DNA of 64,000 nucleotides from Prorocentrum cordatum (Eukaryota), in contig CAUYUJ010000040.1 in assembly GCA_963575745.1 (NCBI GenBank), forward strand, positions 1-64,000, given 5' to 3'. A program made the position numbers and the translations under genes. The notes beneath the pieces are model-generated. The model made no database searches and was not told the origin of the DNA. It saw nothing but the letters and a program-made list of their open reading frames with translations. This document shows positions 25,401 to 37,083 of the stretch, piece after piece; the first letter of the stretch is position 1; each line of letters begins with the position of its first letter.

Positions 25401-28400
25401 GCGACTGTGTCGCGTTCGAGTTGCCGAACTTGTCCGATGGTGTTGAAGAGCGAGGCCGGCCCTTTCCTCTCGAGCCTCTGCTCGCGGATCGATTGTTCCT
25501 ACCTTTGTGATCGCTCTTTACGCCAGCACTGCGATTGTCGCCGCTCGCTCCCGGCTGTGCTGGTGCGGCGGGCGCCTTAGGCTTCTTAGGATTGCGAGGA
25601 CAACCTTGGCCTGCTTCGGGGCAATTCTTCCCTTCTTTCACGAGCGCACAGGTCATTTCACATTTCGCCCGTCCACTTGCCAGCTTATCTGTTGACAATC
25701 CTAGTCGCTGGATCGTCGCTGCCATGGCAGAGGCCCTTTGTCCGCCGCCGCCCTCATTCTTTCCGCCTATCAGGCGAGATTGCCTGTTCCTAGAATTGAG
25801 GGTGGACCCATGTTCCGAAATTGCCCACTGTTCTCTGTCTCGCATCATAAGAGACTCAACCTGGAGCAATAGCCATATGCTCTCATCCCCGTGCCTGGAG
25901 GATCGGTGGACAACTCGTGCCATTGTATGGCAGACTGGCGCCTGGGAACCTGTCGCATCTGTTCATAGAAATGCGCATGCATCGAAGCCTTCATTTCGCC
26001 CGATGGTTCCCTGGCACCATGCAACTCTTGATATCGCTCCATCCATTCGCTATAGAAAGAATGCAAACCCTGGTCGGGCTTCTGTCGATCGATGGTCAAT
26101 TTGAAGAGATCCCAGCATATCCAGCGTTGCCCGCTCTCAGACCTGACAGAACACCAAACGCAAATAGCTCGTGTCATCTCGCGTCCCGCGAGGAGACGTC
26201 CTTCTATCTAGCATGAATGTTCCATGCGATTGATCTGCGACAGAGAATGCGCACGTTGGGCTGTCAGACGTTTGTTGCGCTTCATCTTCGCAAATTTTAA
26301 ACGCATCGGTCGCTATCATCATATCAAGACGCATTAATCCCCCAGGGTCTCTGGGATTCTCCTTTTGCACATCAGAGAGAGCGTGATCCACCGCCGCTTT
26401 ACTGTGGAAAATTGCCAACCTTTTCCTCCGGAACCCGGGGGTCGCCCCCCCCCCCCCCCCCTCCGAAAATCCCCCCCCCCCCCCCCCTGCTGGAACCCCT
26501 CTCCCCCCCCCCCCCCCCCCCTCCCCCCTCCCCCGGCAAAACCCCCCCTCCCCTAACCCCTCCCCCCCCCCCCCCCCCCCGCTCGAAAACCGGGGGGGTC
26601 ACTGCCGGTTCGAACCCCCCCCCCCCCCCCCCTCCGGATCCGGAAAACCGGGGGGGTCACTACCGGTTCGAAACCCCCCCGTCCCCCCCCCCCCCCCCTA
26701 CTCACCGCCAGCAAACGACTCCCGGTCCCCACCACCGTCCGCATCACATCCCCCACTGGTGTTCCCAGCACCACTGTCCTCACCACCGCTGTCCCCACTG
26801 GTTCCACCACCGCCCCTACTGTCCCCACCAGTGGCCCCACCACTGTCGCACTGTCCCCGCTGTCCCCAGAACTGTTCCCACCACGGTTCCACTCTCCCCA
26901 CTGTCTCCACGGCCCCAACCACTGCCCGACTATCCCCACTGTCCCCACTGTCCCACTGACTCCTCCGCTGTCCCACTGAGCTGTCCCACTGTTCCCACCA
27001 CTGTCCCCACTGTCCCCACCGCTGTCCCCGCTGTACCTCTGTCCCATTGTCCCACCGCCGTCCTCGCCGCCGCCTTCACCACTGTCCCCACCACCATTGT
27101 ACCCTCCACTGTCCCACTGTTTCCACCTCATTCCCATTGTCCCCACACCGCTGCCCCCACCACCACCGTCACCACCACTGTCCACTGTCCCCCCCTGTTC
27201 CCACCATTGTCCCCGCCATTGCCCCCGCCACTACCGTCCCCGCCACTGTCCCACTGTCCCACTGTCTGCACCATTGTCCCGCTATCCCCTCACCACTGTC
27301 CCCACCAACACCGCCCCCACCACTGTCCGCACCCCTACTCGGTTTTCGAGGGGGGGGGGTTCGAACCGGTAGTGACCCCCCGGTTTTCCGGATCCGGAGG
27401 GGGGGGGGGGGGGGGGGAACCGGTAGTGACCCCCCCCTTTTCATGATGAGCAGGGGGGGGGGGGGGGGAGGGGTTCGAACCGGTAGTGGCCCCCCCCGGT
27501 TTTCCGCCAGCAGCGGTAGAACACGCTCTTTCGCACATCAGGATCCATTGCTTCACTGACCCATGTTTGTGTTGCGTGAACATCATGCCGCGATCCAGCT
27601 ACTCTTATGCAGTGCTTCCTTTCTTGGAGGGTCTGAACACTCGGTATATCGAGTAAATTCAACTCTGTACTGTTCGCAAAAACTTCTCCACTTGATGTCA
27701 GTTTTCTTGGCCTTAGAAGATCGCCATGTGTGCTCGTTGCGATAATTCGATCCCCCACCGCCGTCTCCGTCTGGGTCACCATCATCCCCCGGCCCCCCTG
27801 CAGGACCTCTGGGCGTTTTGGACTGACCCGTCTCATCCTACTGTAGCGCAACAAACATTCCTGTGCTGGGAGCTGTACTCTGATCATCTCATTGGTCGTC
27901 ATCCTGACCTCCCTGATCCACGCCTCCCCCACCAGTAACGGCTGTGCCGACTGTGAGAGGAAGGCGACCTGGTAAGTCAAGAGCATTCTGATGACGCGAT
28001 ATCTTTGCATTGAAATGGACACTCCCAGGATTAACTCCTTGTGCACCCTCAACTACTGAAGTCTCTTGGACAGCTGGTCCAGGGACGAAGTGCGATTTCG
28101 TGAGAGGCAGCGTTGGCATTGACGAAGCGGTCAGCAATGGCATTTTGTCATGACCCAACTTTTCCGACTTGAGAAAACGGCATTCCCATTATGTCGGCGA
28201 GATTGCTCATCTGGCTTTCAGGTTTTCAAGCAAAGCCGAGTGTCTCGGTGCCTCCCCATCAGGGTCACTACCTGTGTCCTGGGCGTCAGACGCGTCTCGA
28301 GGTCCCCTTGGCTCGTCGCCCTCGCCCTGATGGCCCAGCGTCTTCCTCCGCGCACATTCGTCGCGGCGTTTACTACCCGGACCGAGATGATCACCGCATG

Positions 28401-30682
28401 TGTGCTTCAAACAACTCTTGCATGCATCGGACGAAGGCCTCGTGCAAACGCGACGTGTCTTATTCGAAGTGCAAGATCGCGCATGCACTCGCAACATATT
28501 TGGCTTCCGAGTAGGCCGATCAATCATTGGGACAGGAGGCGGCTCAACATGCGTCGGCTGTGCCGGTGTTGAGTTAACCTCTTTTTCCATTCGTCGCTGC
28601 TCAAGATCAGACTTCAACCTACTGATTTCTTCGCTTACAGCCCGATTCGCAAGGGCCTCGCTTCTTCGATGTTCCTCTGCTTGCCCCACCAAACGGTCCA
28701 ACGCATAGACCATTTATTCTTTTCTGGTCCTCCACCCTTGTTGCCTAGGTCTCCTGCTCTTGTTCTCTAAGGGCTCGCAGCGCCTCTGATTTCACTCTGT
28801 CAGCCTTACGTCTAGCAGCTTCGAGTTGATTGCGGAGCTCCTGATTCTCTCATGCTGCCTGTTCTCGAGCCTCTCTCTCTCCGTCCCTCCTCGCAGCATC
28901 AGCCATCTCTCTCTAAGCAGTTTTCTCTCTTGCTGCTTTTTGTTGAGAATCAATCACAAGTTTTTCTGCTATAATCTGAACCCTCAACTTCTCATTCTCC
29001 TCCTGAGCAAGGCGCCGACCCGCTTCGCGCGTGGCGCCTGCTGCATTGGCCTCAGCATGCTGCATCAACTTGTGCGCATCTTCAACAACGATGGTTCCTC
29101 ATGCTCCTTTCTCTGCGCAATCGCTTGCCTGTCTGCCTCGGAAATCGCAAGTCGGCGTTGGGCCTCTTCGGCCGCCTGCCCTTTGGCTTGCACCTCAGAG
29201 AGAATGCGTTGTACGCGCGCGCGTGCAGCCCTCAATTGCTCTCGATATTGTCTATTTCTTTCTGTCCATTCCTGGGTGGCAAGACGATGGCAATTGTGCT
29301 CTCCCATCGCGACGCAATTATTGCAGGGCCACGCTGGGCTACATTTCGGGCAAAAATTCGAGCATTGGGAACGCGCTGGTCTTCGACGTGAGCCCGCCGG
29401 TTTGCGCGCGCCCCCGGACATCGATTCTCCGCGCGGGAAGGGCGCGTTGGACCGGCGTTCCAGCAAACTTCCCGCGCCGAAAACTGTCGGCGGTCCTATT
29501 CGATGACGTTCGCGGCGAATCGAAGACATTGGACCCTCTGGGGCTGGGGCGCCCAGCCCTGGGGGCCTTACTGGATCGCCCCCTCTCGCCATTCGGGGTG
29601 GGTGCGTACTGTTCTCTTGTTCTCGCGCCCCTCTTGAAGCTGTCCATATCGATGTGTCTCGCCCCATCATCTCGCTCATCCTGAACAACGAGCTCGTCAA
29701 GTTCTGGCACTCTATCTCTGCCTGTTTTTGGCAGCGAGAAGTCAGGTCCATGGAAACCTCGCGATTGGGGCTAAACATTCAAGTCGTCGTTCTCATTCTC
29801 TAATTGCCACGTCAATGGACGAGGAGTCGCCCCTGTAACATCCCGCGCAGTCCTCATCGTGCGCGCGGCGTCAGGGGGGTCTCTCATCGGCTGTGCCGAC
29901 GAGCAGCCACCTTGGAGTCGCATTTCTTCATCTTTACTTTCGTCGTCCGGATGAATAATGGCTGTCCGACTTGCCTCAATCACTATGTGATCAAGAACAA
30001 GATCAGAACGTAAATCAAGAAGAGGTTCAAGGAGACGCGACGGGCCAGGCGAAGTGTGAAATCGAGCATACTCCTCGTTCTTCTCCATCGAATGGGAACT
30101 GCCGTCTCCAGATTGGATGTCGCTCACATCCTCGCTCTGCCAGCGCAGCGCGCATCGAACAGCGCGCCCGGCGCCCAAACGTTCAACGCCTGGTACCTCG
30201 AAAAGATCGGTATCCAACAACTTTTCCATCTCAAATTCAATATCTATCGACTTCTGAGAGCCATCGTGCGCCACCACTGCCTCATAAGTTTCACTTGTAG
30301 AAGTTCTGGCTGTGCCATCCCTTCTGCCCGAGGGTAGCACCTTGGATCTCCTCTCTGAGTCGACTGATGAATCTCCCTCTGTCCAATCAAACATGTTCTC
30401 TGATGCATTCTTACTGGGAAGCATATGAGAGTTATGCCGCCTGTCCAAGGCGCTCATACTTGCGTCACTTTCGGAAGGTTCTCGATTATCCATCCTCCCG
30501 AATATTTGTCCTGGAGATCCCGTGCGCTGCGAAGCGAACGGCTGTGCCGTCGTTTCGGCTGATAACCCATTTTTTGTCTGGATATTCATAATCCTTGCGA
30601 TATATCCCGATGGTGTCTCATAGTCAATAGGCCTCACAGAAGACATGGGCAAGAAAAGGATAATGCCGTCAAACATACAACA
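22440..30682 (-). mobile_element. Degenerate Copia-like retroelement (long gag - protease - integrase N-terminus), truncated, LTRs not identified
   Basis: Coiled-coil gag fragments (ORFs 29065, 28207, 27441, 26137, 25123). Protease FIVDAGCG...TPAVISVGERC...GFSFVWPSGQRPY...IPY (~23985-24330). Integrase zinc-finger remnant SLSHLLTRTRKNPCCSLC...FGHLATMDH...DRAT (~22590-22870). PR followed by IN is the Copia order. Boundaries approximate. Confidence 0.7.
26430..27499. mobile_element. Foldback/MITE-like insertion with modular inverted arms and a (CCACTGTCC)n core
   Basis: GGAAAACCGGGGGGTCACTACCGGTTCGAACCCC units on the left (26430-26700) are inverted on the right (27340-27506). Flanks are TTTTCCTCC (26421-26429) and TTTTCCGCC (27500-27508). 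Confidence 0.75.
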
Positions 30683-30749
30683 GGTATAACGCTGAAGGGA
30701 GGAGGCTGGCCCGCCGGCCGACGCGCGCGGCCGCGCTCCTTGTCCGCAA

Positions 30750-31648
30750 TACCTGAAGCCCAAAGTATGTAGCTGCGGAGACGCAAGTCAAGAAGGAAGA
30801 GCAGCAGCCGACAGTGCAGAAGCAAGCAGGACGGGTGAGAAGGGCAAAAACCTGGTGGCGCGGAGGGGCGCGTTGACTGCCGAAGGACGTCTGTCTTGGG
30901 TAGCCCAGATTTGCTTCCCATCGCGCTGCAAAATGGAATGTTTAATGAAAGCCACTGCGGAATCTCTATCGGCCGTATTCCCAAACGCGGTGAAGACGAT
31001 ATTCGAACATTCACCTCTGGCATAGACCGTGCGCGGCTGTGGACCCGAGCGGGCCTGCATCTTATCTTTCAACCACGTAGTAACCGATGCAAGCGAATCG
31101 AAACCATCCGAATGCCCAAAAACTCCGGTAAGGTGACGCTTGTCGCCTGCAGACGTTGTTGTCGAGGCCTGGTGACCAGCGAGCCGAAGTGCGGCGACTT
31201 GCGCCTCGAGTTCGTGCAGTTTCGCCTCCGCTGCCGTCTTGGTCGACGCAGCAGTCGCACTCCTCGCTGATGCTGAACGGGATGGATTAGGCCCCAAAGC
31301 GGCCACTCTGGTGGAGATGTCTCGGGCCGCCTCCTTCAATGGATTCACCGCGTCATCGAAGTCCAGCCGGGAGACATCGTACGCCTTGATGGCCTCGATG
31401 TCCGCCTGGATTGGACGCAGGTGTTGTTTGAAGAGCTGTGCCATCGACTCCATCGTGATGTTCTCGTTTCTCGTTATCTCACCTGTGGCCCCCACCCCCC
31501 CAGCCGGCGTAGATGTCTTCCCACTGTCTCCTTTGTTTTCAAGCCCGTCCATTTCATGAAGCGGGCTGTGGGTTCCATGATGTTTGAACAACTGCCTGGA
31601 TGGAGTACCTGCAAGACGGTTTTCGCCATCACCAGAAGCAGACGCCAT
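30750..31648 (-). pseudogene. LINE ORF1-like protein (coiled coil + RRM-like), 3'-truncated
   Basis: Heptad region LHELEAQVAALRL followed by TGVFG...WLKDKM...VYARGECSNIVFTAF...RDSAVAF...IWATQD, an RRM-like beta-alpha-beta pattern typical of LINE ORF1. Confidence 0.5.
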
Positions 31649-31809
31649 CGAAAGTGTAAGATGTAAGATGGAGGAGTAAGGATGATGTGGATTATGTGAA
31701 GCACGGGAATGTAAGGGGGTACGGGAATGTAAGGGGGTACGAAAAAGCGCCGGTTCGGTTTGATTGAGCCCAACGTGCTACTTGAGCCCACAACACGATG
31801 GTTGGAAAC

Positions 31810-33350
31810 AAATATTGCTGCATTCTCGCCTTTTCGCGTCCAGTGGGTTTCCTAGGCCTCCAAATGGCTCCAAGATGGCCCAAGAGAGCTCCAAGAGGAG
31901 CCGAAAGGGGCTCCAAGATGGCCCCGAGAGCGCCTCAAAGCGCCCAGGAGCGCCTCAAAGCGCCCCATGCGCGCCCAAAGAGATCCCCAAATTATGATTT
32001 TGGGAGCTCCAGAAGGGCGACGCTGTTTGGGTCCCCCCTATTTTTGATCGATCTCCTCCGATGTGGCCCTGAGAACCCCCCCCGCCTCCATGGTTGCCCC
32101 ACAATACCCCCGAGAGGGCCCCATGATGGTTCTAAGAGAGCTCGAGATGGCCCCGAACGGCCTCCATTGCATTACGCATTCCGAGACGGCTTCAGATGGC
32201 CACCAAGAACGCGCCATTCTTACCGCAACCGCCGGCGGAAAACCCCCGACGATTTTTACAATCGATTTCAAGACCAACAACAATCCACGGCAATTTCCGA
32301 TGCAATGTTTCACGCGACCCGCGTTCGAATTTGTCGGGCAGTCTTGGGCCGGTTGCTGGAGGCCCCCCAGGGGGCCGACAATTTTCGGGAAAGGGTGGCA
32401 GATTCGACGAAATGTCGGGGAAAATTGTCTCACTTCTGGGCGTACCCAATCCCTCCAAGAACCGCGAGCCGTTCGGGCAAACGCCGCGCGGCGGTTCCCC
32501 TCAATAGGGGGAGGGCCTTCAAAGAATGGAGAGAAGGGGGAGGAAGATAAAAGAGAAGGGAGGAGGGGTGATAGAATCGAAGGAGGGGGAGGCGGGGGGA
32601 GGAAGTGCGGCTCTGGGTTTGGGGAACTGGAAGGAGGACGAAGGAAGAGATAGGATGAGGGAGGAGGAACACGACGGAGGAGGAGGAGGAGGAGGAGGAG
32701 GAGGAGGAGGAGGAATAGAGACGGCTAGCGACGGAGGCGGAGGAAGGGAGAGGGACAGGAGGGCGCAAGGAGGAGAAGGAAGTTGGAGGCCAAGCGAGAC
32801 TGCTTTTGCCGTGCCGTTCTTGGCTCCACGAAGATCAAGCGAGAACGACCGGCCTTCCCCGGTGCCTCTCGGGGGCCTCCTGGAAATCGCTTGAGCCTGT
32901 CGCGTCGCGCACTTTCCGAGCCCCATCGGCACCTTCCAAAGGCGCCCTGGCGGCGGGGGGACCCTAGGAGGAGTCCACACAATGCCCCGAGAAGAGGCGG
33001 CAAGCCTGCATATACTGTGTCTATTTGGGGGTCCCCCTTGGAAGCCTCTCGGGGCCCTCCTCGGGGCCTCTGGAGACTCTTTCGGGGCCCTGTCGCGAAC
33101 TCTCCGAGCCCTTCGTCGCCCACCACTGTTACCCTGGCACCCTGGAAGACTCCTGGGAGGAGCCGCAGAGGGGGACCCAAAAAGAAACAGAAGCCTCTCG
33201 GAGCCATGTTGGGGGCCTCGTGAGACTCTCTCGGGGCCCTGTCGCGCCCTTTCCGAGCCGCTCGGCGCCCCGCGAGGGCGCCCTGGCGGCCCGGGGGGAC
33301 GCGACGAGGAGCCCCATGAGGATCCCGTGAAGAGGCAAAAACGACCAAAC
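31810..33350. repeat. GC-rich GGCCTCTCGG/CCAAGAGGCC repeat-family copies with a GGA tract
   Basis: Degenerate 11-bp units in both orientations; (GGA)n at ~32530-32780. Confidence 0.6.
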
Positions 33351-33619
33351 GCACCGGTTGAGGGGGGCAGCGGGGACGGAGGGGGAGGAGAAAGAGGAAG
33401 AAGAAGATTGCGCGCCGTAGCTGCCAAGCGTTTTGCAATACGCGCGTGCCTTTCGCGCCCAACGACGCCCGCTTGTGCGCGAATGACACATTGCCCTCTC
33501 GTGGAGCGCGGCATGCACCCGCGCGCAAAACTATCTGATAATCACGTCTGGAAAATCAAAACAATCAATGCACGAATCGGTTTTCGTCGTCGCGCGATTG
33601 CCCTTAGGAGAGGAGGGCC

Positions 33620-35340
33620 TGAGAAATGATCGATCTCCCTGCCTCCTCCAACAGGTCCGCACTCACTGGTAGGCACTCCAGTTCGGCGGGCGCGGCCTCC
33701 CGTAGCTCTTGCGAGCGGGATGGTGAACAGCACTTCTGACTCAAATTCCAATCCCGACCCGCCAGCCACGCGACGTGTCGCAGCTCGCGCAGGACGCGGC
33801 ACAGCTCCGAAATCAAGGCCCGGTTGCCGCTGACCCCCGCGCTCACGATGCCGTAAATGGAAACAGCTTCGGCGGGGCCGGCGGGACCAGCGCCTCCAAG
33901 CGTCTCCAGCGGCCTGGCTGGGCCGACCCCGTCAAAGGCTGGATGGTCTGCGCAGCGCCGCCTGCCGGCGGAACCCGTTGTCAGTGAGGCGCCGGCTGGA
34001 AGCCGCTGCCCCCGCGAGCACTGCCTCCTCGGCTCCGCGATCCGATCGTGATCGCGTGCCCTCGGAGCCTCCTGACTCGGATCGCGCCCCGGGGCTGGTG
34101 CAGGCGGGGTGGAGCGGGTCCAGGTTGCTCTGCCCCGCGCATGGGGTTCCTGGGGAGGGCGCCTGCTGGGCAGCTGCAAGAGGTGCGCCAGGTTCCGCGG
34201 CCAGTCCGACGCCCCCAGCAGGGGCGCCCCCAGCAGGGGCCGGCGGCGGTCCCGCCAACACCTCAGGGCTGCCTGGACCAGTGCCTTGAGCACGCCCTGG
34301 AGGACGGCCACTGCTACCCTGGCCTGCACAAGGCCCCGCTCTGCGGAGGCGAGCTCGCCCTCCTTCTCCACAGTGGCCCCAGCCAGCTTGACGCGCCTGG
34401 CTCGCATGTCTGCCAGCTCGGTCGCGTGGCGGTGCACGGCAGCCTCCTTGGTAGAGGCCAGTCGCTCCTCCTCCACCAGCCGCCAGCGGGCGGGCCAAGC
34501 GGCGTGCCTCTCCCGCTGCAGCTCGTCCCTGACGTTGCGGGTGTTGGCCAGCACGCTCGCGAAATCTCGCGAAGTGCGGGATGGCGCCGCGCCATGCGTC
34601 GCCCAGCGCCTCCAGCTCCTGCACCTGCAGCTTGGCAGCGTCCAGTCTAGCAGCAAGCGGTTGCTGCTCGTCTGTTGGGCCAGTAGGAGTCGCAGTACAC
34701 AGACGTACGCGATCCCGTCGGCCTCGTCGCCGTCGGCGTCCTCGTCCTCCTCCTGGTCCATGGCCTCCTGCGTGCCCTCGGCCCCACGGGCCTGCACGCT
34801 GAAAGTGGCGCTGGGTCGCGAAGAGGGCGATGATCTCCGCCTGGACGAGCGCCGTCTGCCTCGAGAACTGCAGGTAGATCCTGAGATGGGCCTCCTCCGT
34901 CGCGAGAAATCCCGCTTGTCGTACTCGATGGGGCCTGCATCAGCGCCGAGCCTTGGCGGAATGTCCTCGCCATGCGCCGCTGATGGAGCCGCCCCGCCGC
35001 TGCCGCCACTGATCGGCGCTGACGCGCTGAGCTCGCGCTGCTGTACCCTCAAGTGCTGACCGTGAGCTCCTCTCCAGCCGCGCTCCTTGCCGTGTGCTCG
35101 GCGCGGGCCTGGAGTGCGCACCCATGATGGCGGCGCGGCCTGGCAAGCGCTGTTGCGGCAGCACGTCCTCCGCGCCCATTGCCAGGAGCCGCTTTTGCAG
35201 ACCCAGTACTTCGAGTGCAGTGCCTGCGCTGCACAATGGCTGCCCGCATTTGGCCCGCCCATCGCAGGGCTGGGCAGTGCTGGCGCGCGCCTCGTCTGGG
35301 AACCAGACATGCGGTGTAACCCCCTGATGGCATCACCTTG
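33620..35340 (-). mobile_element. LINE fragment: ORF1-like region and partial APE-type endonuclease
   Basis: VSIYGIVSAG...NRALISEL...AWLAGRDWN (GDWN-like), then PT.EC...GREIDHF across a frameshift (33620-33870). Upstream Cys/Trp cluster YWVCKSGSWQW..RTCCRNSAC and a coiled-coil segment. Confidence 0.55.
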
Positions 35341-37003
35341 AGCCCCAACGGTTCTTGAGCCAGGAGGCGGCGGAGGAGGAGGAGGAGGAGGCGTATGGCG
35401 GATGGCGAACCGAGGTAGGTAGAGGAGGAGGGTGGAGGAGGAGAGGTGCACTCGTGGGAGCTAGCAGCCCGTGCGCGGCCTCTTTCCGTCTGGACCTCTG
35501 CGGCACGTCCGAGCGCAGCCCGCGGAAAACTCCCCCGCGCTGAGCGCTGGCTCGAGGTGAAACGTCAGCAGGGGCACCGGCTCAAGGGGTGGAAACATCG
35601 ACCCAAAATCGGCGATACATCGCCGATAGATCGGCGACAGGCCCCCAGTAGCAAATCCGAACGCTCCTGTTCGAGGTAGCGTTATCCGGCCCCCATTGGC
35701 GATCGATAGGCGATCGGGGGCCGATGCATCGCCCATGGCTTTGGTCATAACTCGCCTCTCCGACGGCCGGTCCGGGAAGGTCTGGGCACCCCCAGAATGC
35801 TCTCGGCGAGGTGCAGCTGCTGGAACGCATCCCAAGGTCGGAAACCGCCGAGAACGGACGACAACGTCGGAGAACCTCGAACCTCGAACCGCTGACGTTG
35901 CCCCCCGCCCTTGGCGGGCGGCGCGCACAAGGGGGTAAGGATAGGGGGAAGACTTCTCAGAAGGAGGCTGCTCCTTAGAAGACGATGGCCCTACATCTAC
36001 AGACGAGGCCCGCGCCTTCTAAGAAGCAGGGGTGCTTCTAAGAAGCCTTGCACCCTCCCCGACTACAACATTGATGTACCCCAGAATTGCTGTTGTTCGT
36101 CAAATATGCGAAGACTGCGTAGAATGTATCGTAGGTCTGCAGAACATTCTACGTATTGTTCGTGGATTCGGTGGGAGGACACGCACGTTAGGGCGAATCA
36201 GTCCTTCAGTCGATCCCCTGCTCGAAACGTTGCCCTCCCCCCCCTCCCCCCTGAGCCAGCCTGCACTCCCCCCTAACGTTGCCTCGGATGGCCGCGCCAC
36301 CGCTGGCCGCGGCGCGCGGCCGAACGCCACCAGGAGGTAAAAACTTGCACGGGCGCAGCGGGCGGCCCAACGGCCGGACGCGCCGAGCCGCACGGTCGCA
36401 GCCAAGCCCGAGGAAGAACTGCCAACGCCCACGCGCGGCGGCCGCTGAACAACATGGGGTCCGCGGCGGCCGCTAAACTACAGGGGCCTGGCGGCGAACA
36501 GCCCCTTGTACCAGATCCAGAAGACCAGGCTGAACCCCACGCCCGTCTGCACCTTCATCGCCTGCGCTCGCCGCCCTCAGATCTGGGCGTACCAGGAAAC
36601 TCGGTATACGGCCGTTGTTTCGAGTCTGTCGGCATCTGCAGAGGCAGTTTGCTGGCCCTGGGACCCTCAGAAAGCCACTCAGGATGAGAGAGAAAAGCGC
36701 CCTGCGGGCCCGCGTCACGAAAAAGTGCGACGTCCGAGGAGATGCACCTTCACCGTCTGGGCTCGCCCGCCCCGTCGACGGTCCAAGCGGACGCCTTGAA
36801 TGGCTCCTATAGCTAGCATATTGACTCCCTAGTGCCTACTTCGTCCCCCCATCCCGCTCATCCTCCTGTTCATCCGCCGCCACCACCTCCTCCTCCTGCT
36901 CCTCCTGCTCCTCCTCCTCCTCCTCCTCCTCCTCTCCGCCCATGTACAAAGCTCACTTTACCCGACTGCGCATAGCACCATGGGGTCTTTGGGGGAGTTC
37001 CAA

Positions 37004-37083
37004 GTCCGCTGTGATAGGGCAAGGGGAAGGGATGGGTGGGAGGGGCAGGATGTCAGATATGGCGCGAGCGCACCTAGCTTGCC
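37004..37083 (-). repeat. Dispersed ~85-bp repeat, copy B (inverted relative to 11251-11338)
   Basis: GGATGTCAGATATGGCGCGAGCGCACCTAGCTTGCC is the reverse complement of the copy A core. Confidence 0.8.

Noticed and set aside
30640..30682. TGTTGTATG... on the minus strand as the 5' LTR of the Copia-like remnant
   Set aside because: No second copy, PBS or TSD was found in the window.
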